This document shows, piece by piece, positions 59,934-64,000 of a DNA stretch of 64,000 bases. This DNA is from Octopus vulgaris. Its lineage: Eukaryota. The stretch is from contig OX597830.1 in NCBI GenBank assembly GCA_951406725.2, positions 23,622,001 to 23,686,000 on the forward strand. Reading direction: 5' to 3'. Positions within the stretch are counted from its first letter, which is position 1. Every line of letters starts with the position of its first letter. The translations under genes and the position numbers were made by a program. Below the pieces are notes generated by a model. That model was not told where the DNA came from, did not search any database, and worked only from the letters and a program-made list of their open reading frames with translations.

Positions 59934-60118
59934 ATACTACTACTACTACTACTACAACACATCACCGCCATCACCACCATCACCACCATCACCACCACCA
60001 CCACCACCACCACTACCATACTACTACCACCACCGCCACAATAATCACAAGCACCACTACTGATACTATAACCAATTCTAATGCTGTTACCACCACCACC
60101 ACCACCACCACCACCACC

Positions 60119-60161
<43 letters not shown>

Positions 60162-60346
60162 ATACTACTACTACTACTACTACAACACATCACCGCCATC
60201 ACCACCATCACCACCAACACCACCACCACCACCACCACCACCACCACTACCATAATACTACCACCACCGCCACAATAATCACAAGCACCACTACTGATAC
60301 TATAACCAATTCTAATGCTGTTACCACCACCACCACCACCACCACC

Positions 60347-60411
<65 letters not shown>

Positions 60412-60605
60412 AACACATCACCGCCATCACCACCATCACCACCATCACCACCACCACCACCACCACCACCACCACCACCACTACCATACTACTACCACCA
60501 CCGCCACAATAATCACAAGCACCACTACTGATACTATAACCAATTCTAATGCTGTTATCACCACCACCACCACCACCACCACCACCACCACTACTACTAC
60601 TACTA
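59765..60605. repeat. Higher-order tandem repeat, about 234-243 bp x 3.5, built from ACC/ACT trinucleotides
   Basis: Anchor TGATACTATAACCAATTCTAATGCTGTTA recurs with ATG at 59838, 60081, 60315 and 60549. Confidence 0.9.
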
Positions 60606-60962
60606 CATCTCCACCCGCACGCTCTATATGGCCGCCGCTTTTTCCCAATGCTCCTTCGATCCTTCGTGTTATTAATGTCACGCCACGATTTGATTGGCTG
60701 TCATTAGATGCCTTCACACGTTAATGTCGTTTCTTCACATTTCCAAATCCTTTCTATCATATTTCCTCGTCTTTTTTTTTATTCTTGTTTGCTTAGCTTC
60801 TTCTTTTTTCTCTTTTTACTTTATTTTTACTTCTGATTGTCGTTGTTGTTGCTGTTGTTGTTGTTGTTGTTGCTGTTTTGTCGAGGATGGCGTATTCGCC
60901 AGCTAGCCCAAGTGGTGCTCTGAATAAAAGATCTCTCACTCACTCACTGTCTCTCTCACTGC

Positions 60963-60993
<31 letters not shown>

Positions 60994-61174
60994 TCGTTTT
61001 TTTTCTTTCTTTCTTTTTGTTTTTGTTTTTGTTTTTGTTGTGGATTTGATATATTACGACATGGACCGCGGACATCCAACTTTGCTTGTCTTTCATTCTG
61101 CATGGAACACAACAGAGTTGATGTGATGAATCGTTTCGGAAAATTGATTTCCAGCACGGACGGAAGCTTAACCA

Positions 61175-61545
<371 letters not shown>

Positions 61546-62057
61546 ATGATGATGATGATGGTGGTGGTGGTGATGGTGATGTTGATTATAGTAAATAAAA
61601 TAAATGCATAAAATAAGTGGATGGTGCCGGTGCTGATGGTCATGGTGTCAGTGGCGGTGTTGGTGATTTTTGATGGTGATGACGGCGGTGATTATGTTGG
61701 TTGTAGTGGTTTAGGTGTCGGTGGTAGTGGTGGTGGTGGTGGTGGTGGTGGTGGTGGTGGTGGTGGTGGTGGTGGTGGTTTAGGCGGTAGTGACGGTATG
61801 GGTAATGATATTGCGTGACATTCATGCGTTTTTCTTGAACGATATTAGCAACGTGAATTAAGTGAAAACAGCAAAAACGGGGGACTAGAGAGAGAGAGAG
61901 AGAGGGGGGAGGGAGAGAGAGAGAGAGAGAGAGAGAAGGAGAAGGTGGATGAGCGAAAGAAGCAGAGGGAGAAGGGAGAGATAGGTAAAGCCGAGAATAA
62001 AACGGACGGAGACATAAGGAGGGGAGCAAGATAGATAGATAGATAGATAGATAGATA

Positions 62058-63151
62058 TGTTTCTTTATTAGCCACACAGGGCTGCACACAGATAGAACAA
62101 ATTACAAGGTAGAGCTTTTCTTTTGAAGGTTTAAGAAAGAAAAAAAAAAAAAAAAAAAAAGGAAGGGGGAGTTTCGATCAAAAGGGATCGTAAAAGGAGA
62201 GAAAGAGGACAAAAAAAAGGGGGGTTTAAAAAAAAAGGGGGGGGAAATTGATCAATAGGGATCGTTATCACAGAAATGTCAATATGAAGTGTAAAGGGGA
62301 GGACAGGTGAGGTTTACCCGTGCAAAGAAAAGCCTACGGAAAAGACCACGGTAACCTCGGTCAATGATGTCACATTTTATATTTCTTTTTTTTTTTTTTG
62401 CAAATAAGCAACTCTCTGTTTTCGATTTCTAGGTTCATAGGACTATGCTCAATGTGGCTTCGTCATTCATACGTGCCATTCTTGCTACATTCACCCATCT
62501 TTTTTTAAAACATTCGCTAGACAAAACTTGCCTCTCTACTCTCACTTTCCTTTTCAAGTGGTACTTGAAGAAGTTGATGAGAGATTGACCAGAGAGGAAA
62601 GTGTTTGTCTCCAATCCTTTCAGACGCGTCCACCAGATACATTCTTTCGCCATAGCCACAAGGATGATGAAAATAGCTCTTCCTTCCCGTTTGAAGGAAG
62701 GAGGCGTGACAATATTGACGATAGACTCAGCTGATAAACCGACTCGTCCCACACGTGACAGCAGTTGTTCGACATAAGCCCACAGGTCGGAAATTGTTGG
62801 ACACTGAACGAGTGCGTGCAGAACGGTTTCGTCGCTCTGACCGCATCTCGGGCAGGTCGGCCCCGTGTTTCTCGAGCCGTGTCTGTAGAGCTTATCCCGA
62901 ACGGGTAGCGCTTCTCGGTAGCACTGCCAGGCCAGGGATCTCTGGAAGTTGTCCATGGGCCCTGGCCCGAAAGTCGTCCTGAACAGGCGGGTCAGGTACT
63001 CCTCGTCGACGTCCAGGTTCGCCCCGAGCTCGTCGTCGTACCTCCCCTCCACTAAACCCCTATAGAATGCTTTAGTTGTGTTGAAGTCACTTAAGGTCGA
63101 CCCAGGACGGCAGAGTTGCTTGAGAGCAACGCGACACTCGCGGTGCCATTC
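62058..63151 (-). mobile_element. 5'-truncated Tx1/L1-clade LINE (ORF2 C-terminus plus 3' UTR) inside (GATA)n
   Basis: Open frame plus a T-rich 3' UTR ending AATAAAGAAACA; GATA runs at 62029-62057 and from 63152. Confidence 0.85.
62435..63151 (-). CDS. LINE ORF2 C-terminal fragment with zf-RVT zinc-binding domain (partial, no true start codon)
   Basis: TKAFYRGL...WQCYREALPVRDKLYRHG...CPRCGQSDETVLHALVQCP...AKECIWWTR; the frame is uninterrupted up to the truncation point. Confidence 0.85.
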   Translation of the reverse strand, partial: EWHRECRVALKQLCRPGSTLSDFNTTKAFYRGLVEGRYDDELGANLDVDEEYLTRLFRTTFGPGPMDNFQRSLAWQCYREALPVRDKLYRHGSRNTGPTCPRCGQSDETVLHALVQCPTISDLWAYVEQLLSRVGRVGLSAESIVNIVTPPSFKREGRAIFIILVAMAKECIWWTRLKGLETNTFLSGQSLINFFKYHLKRKVRVERQVLSSECFKKRWVNVARMARMNDEATLSIVL

Positions 63152-63485
<334 letters not shown>

Positions 63486-64000
63486 AAAGAAACAGGGAGA
63501 GAGGTGGAGAAAATATTTTGTTAATTTAAATCCGTTGTTCCTAACTGGGTTTCGTATGATGACCCTTGGGGATCCATATAAGAATTTGTCGTTAAAATTT
63601 GTGTGCAATAAATCGCTTATAATATTCCTACAAAACACAAAATATTCCAGCAATTTTAAAAATAAAATTCCTAATAATATTTAATCAGAAAATTACAATA
63701 TAATAGGATTTCTTGAACATCAAATGGGTATGAGAGTCCACCGGAATAAAATAGGAATCAGAGAGATTCATGAGTATAAAACGGTTGAGGGCCACTGTTT
63801 TAAGTAAACTGGAATAACGGGTGTGGAATATGGATGTCAAATTAACCAGCGTCCTCAACGTGGATTAGTTTAGTGCATGTTGCTATTGCACCCACCTCTC
63901 TGGCTCTGTAACAGGTACCATGATGTGGTTCATGATGAACAGTCTAGTCAAGTCCACCCCACAATAAGCTCATCAGACCCGTTACATCATCTATGAACCC

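Overview
AT-rich eukaryotic non-coding DNA with no host protein-coding gene that I can support. The SINE families and very dense TA/CA/ATA/TATG/GATA microsatellites resemble an octopus genome; this is inference from recalled repeat sequences, not a database search. Nearly all supplied ORFs are microsatellite or SINE artefacts. The window holds four tRNA-headed SINE families, one of them in head-to-tail multimers. It also holds decayed R4/Dong, RTE, Penelope-like (RT thumb and GIY-YIG) and hAT remnants, a Tc1/mariner-type MITE, a Helentron-like element, and a young 5'-truncated Tx1/L1-clade LINE embedded in (GATA)n. Two observations stand out. (1) Several distinct small non-coding elements, mostly next to (TA)n and some with inverted arms, carry minimal hammerhead-ribozyme cores. 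(2) The Tx1-like LINE shares its 3' terminal ~50 nt with the most abundant SINE, which suggests a LINE-SINE partnership and may explain the SINE multimers. All coordinates and alignments were made by eye and boundaries are approximate.
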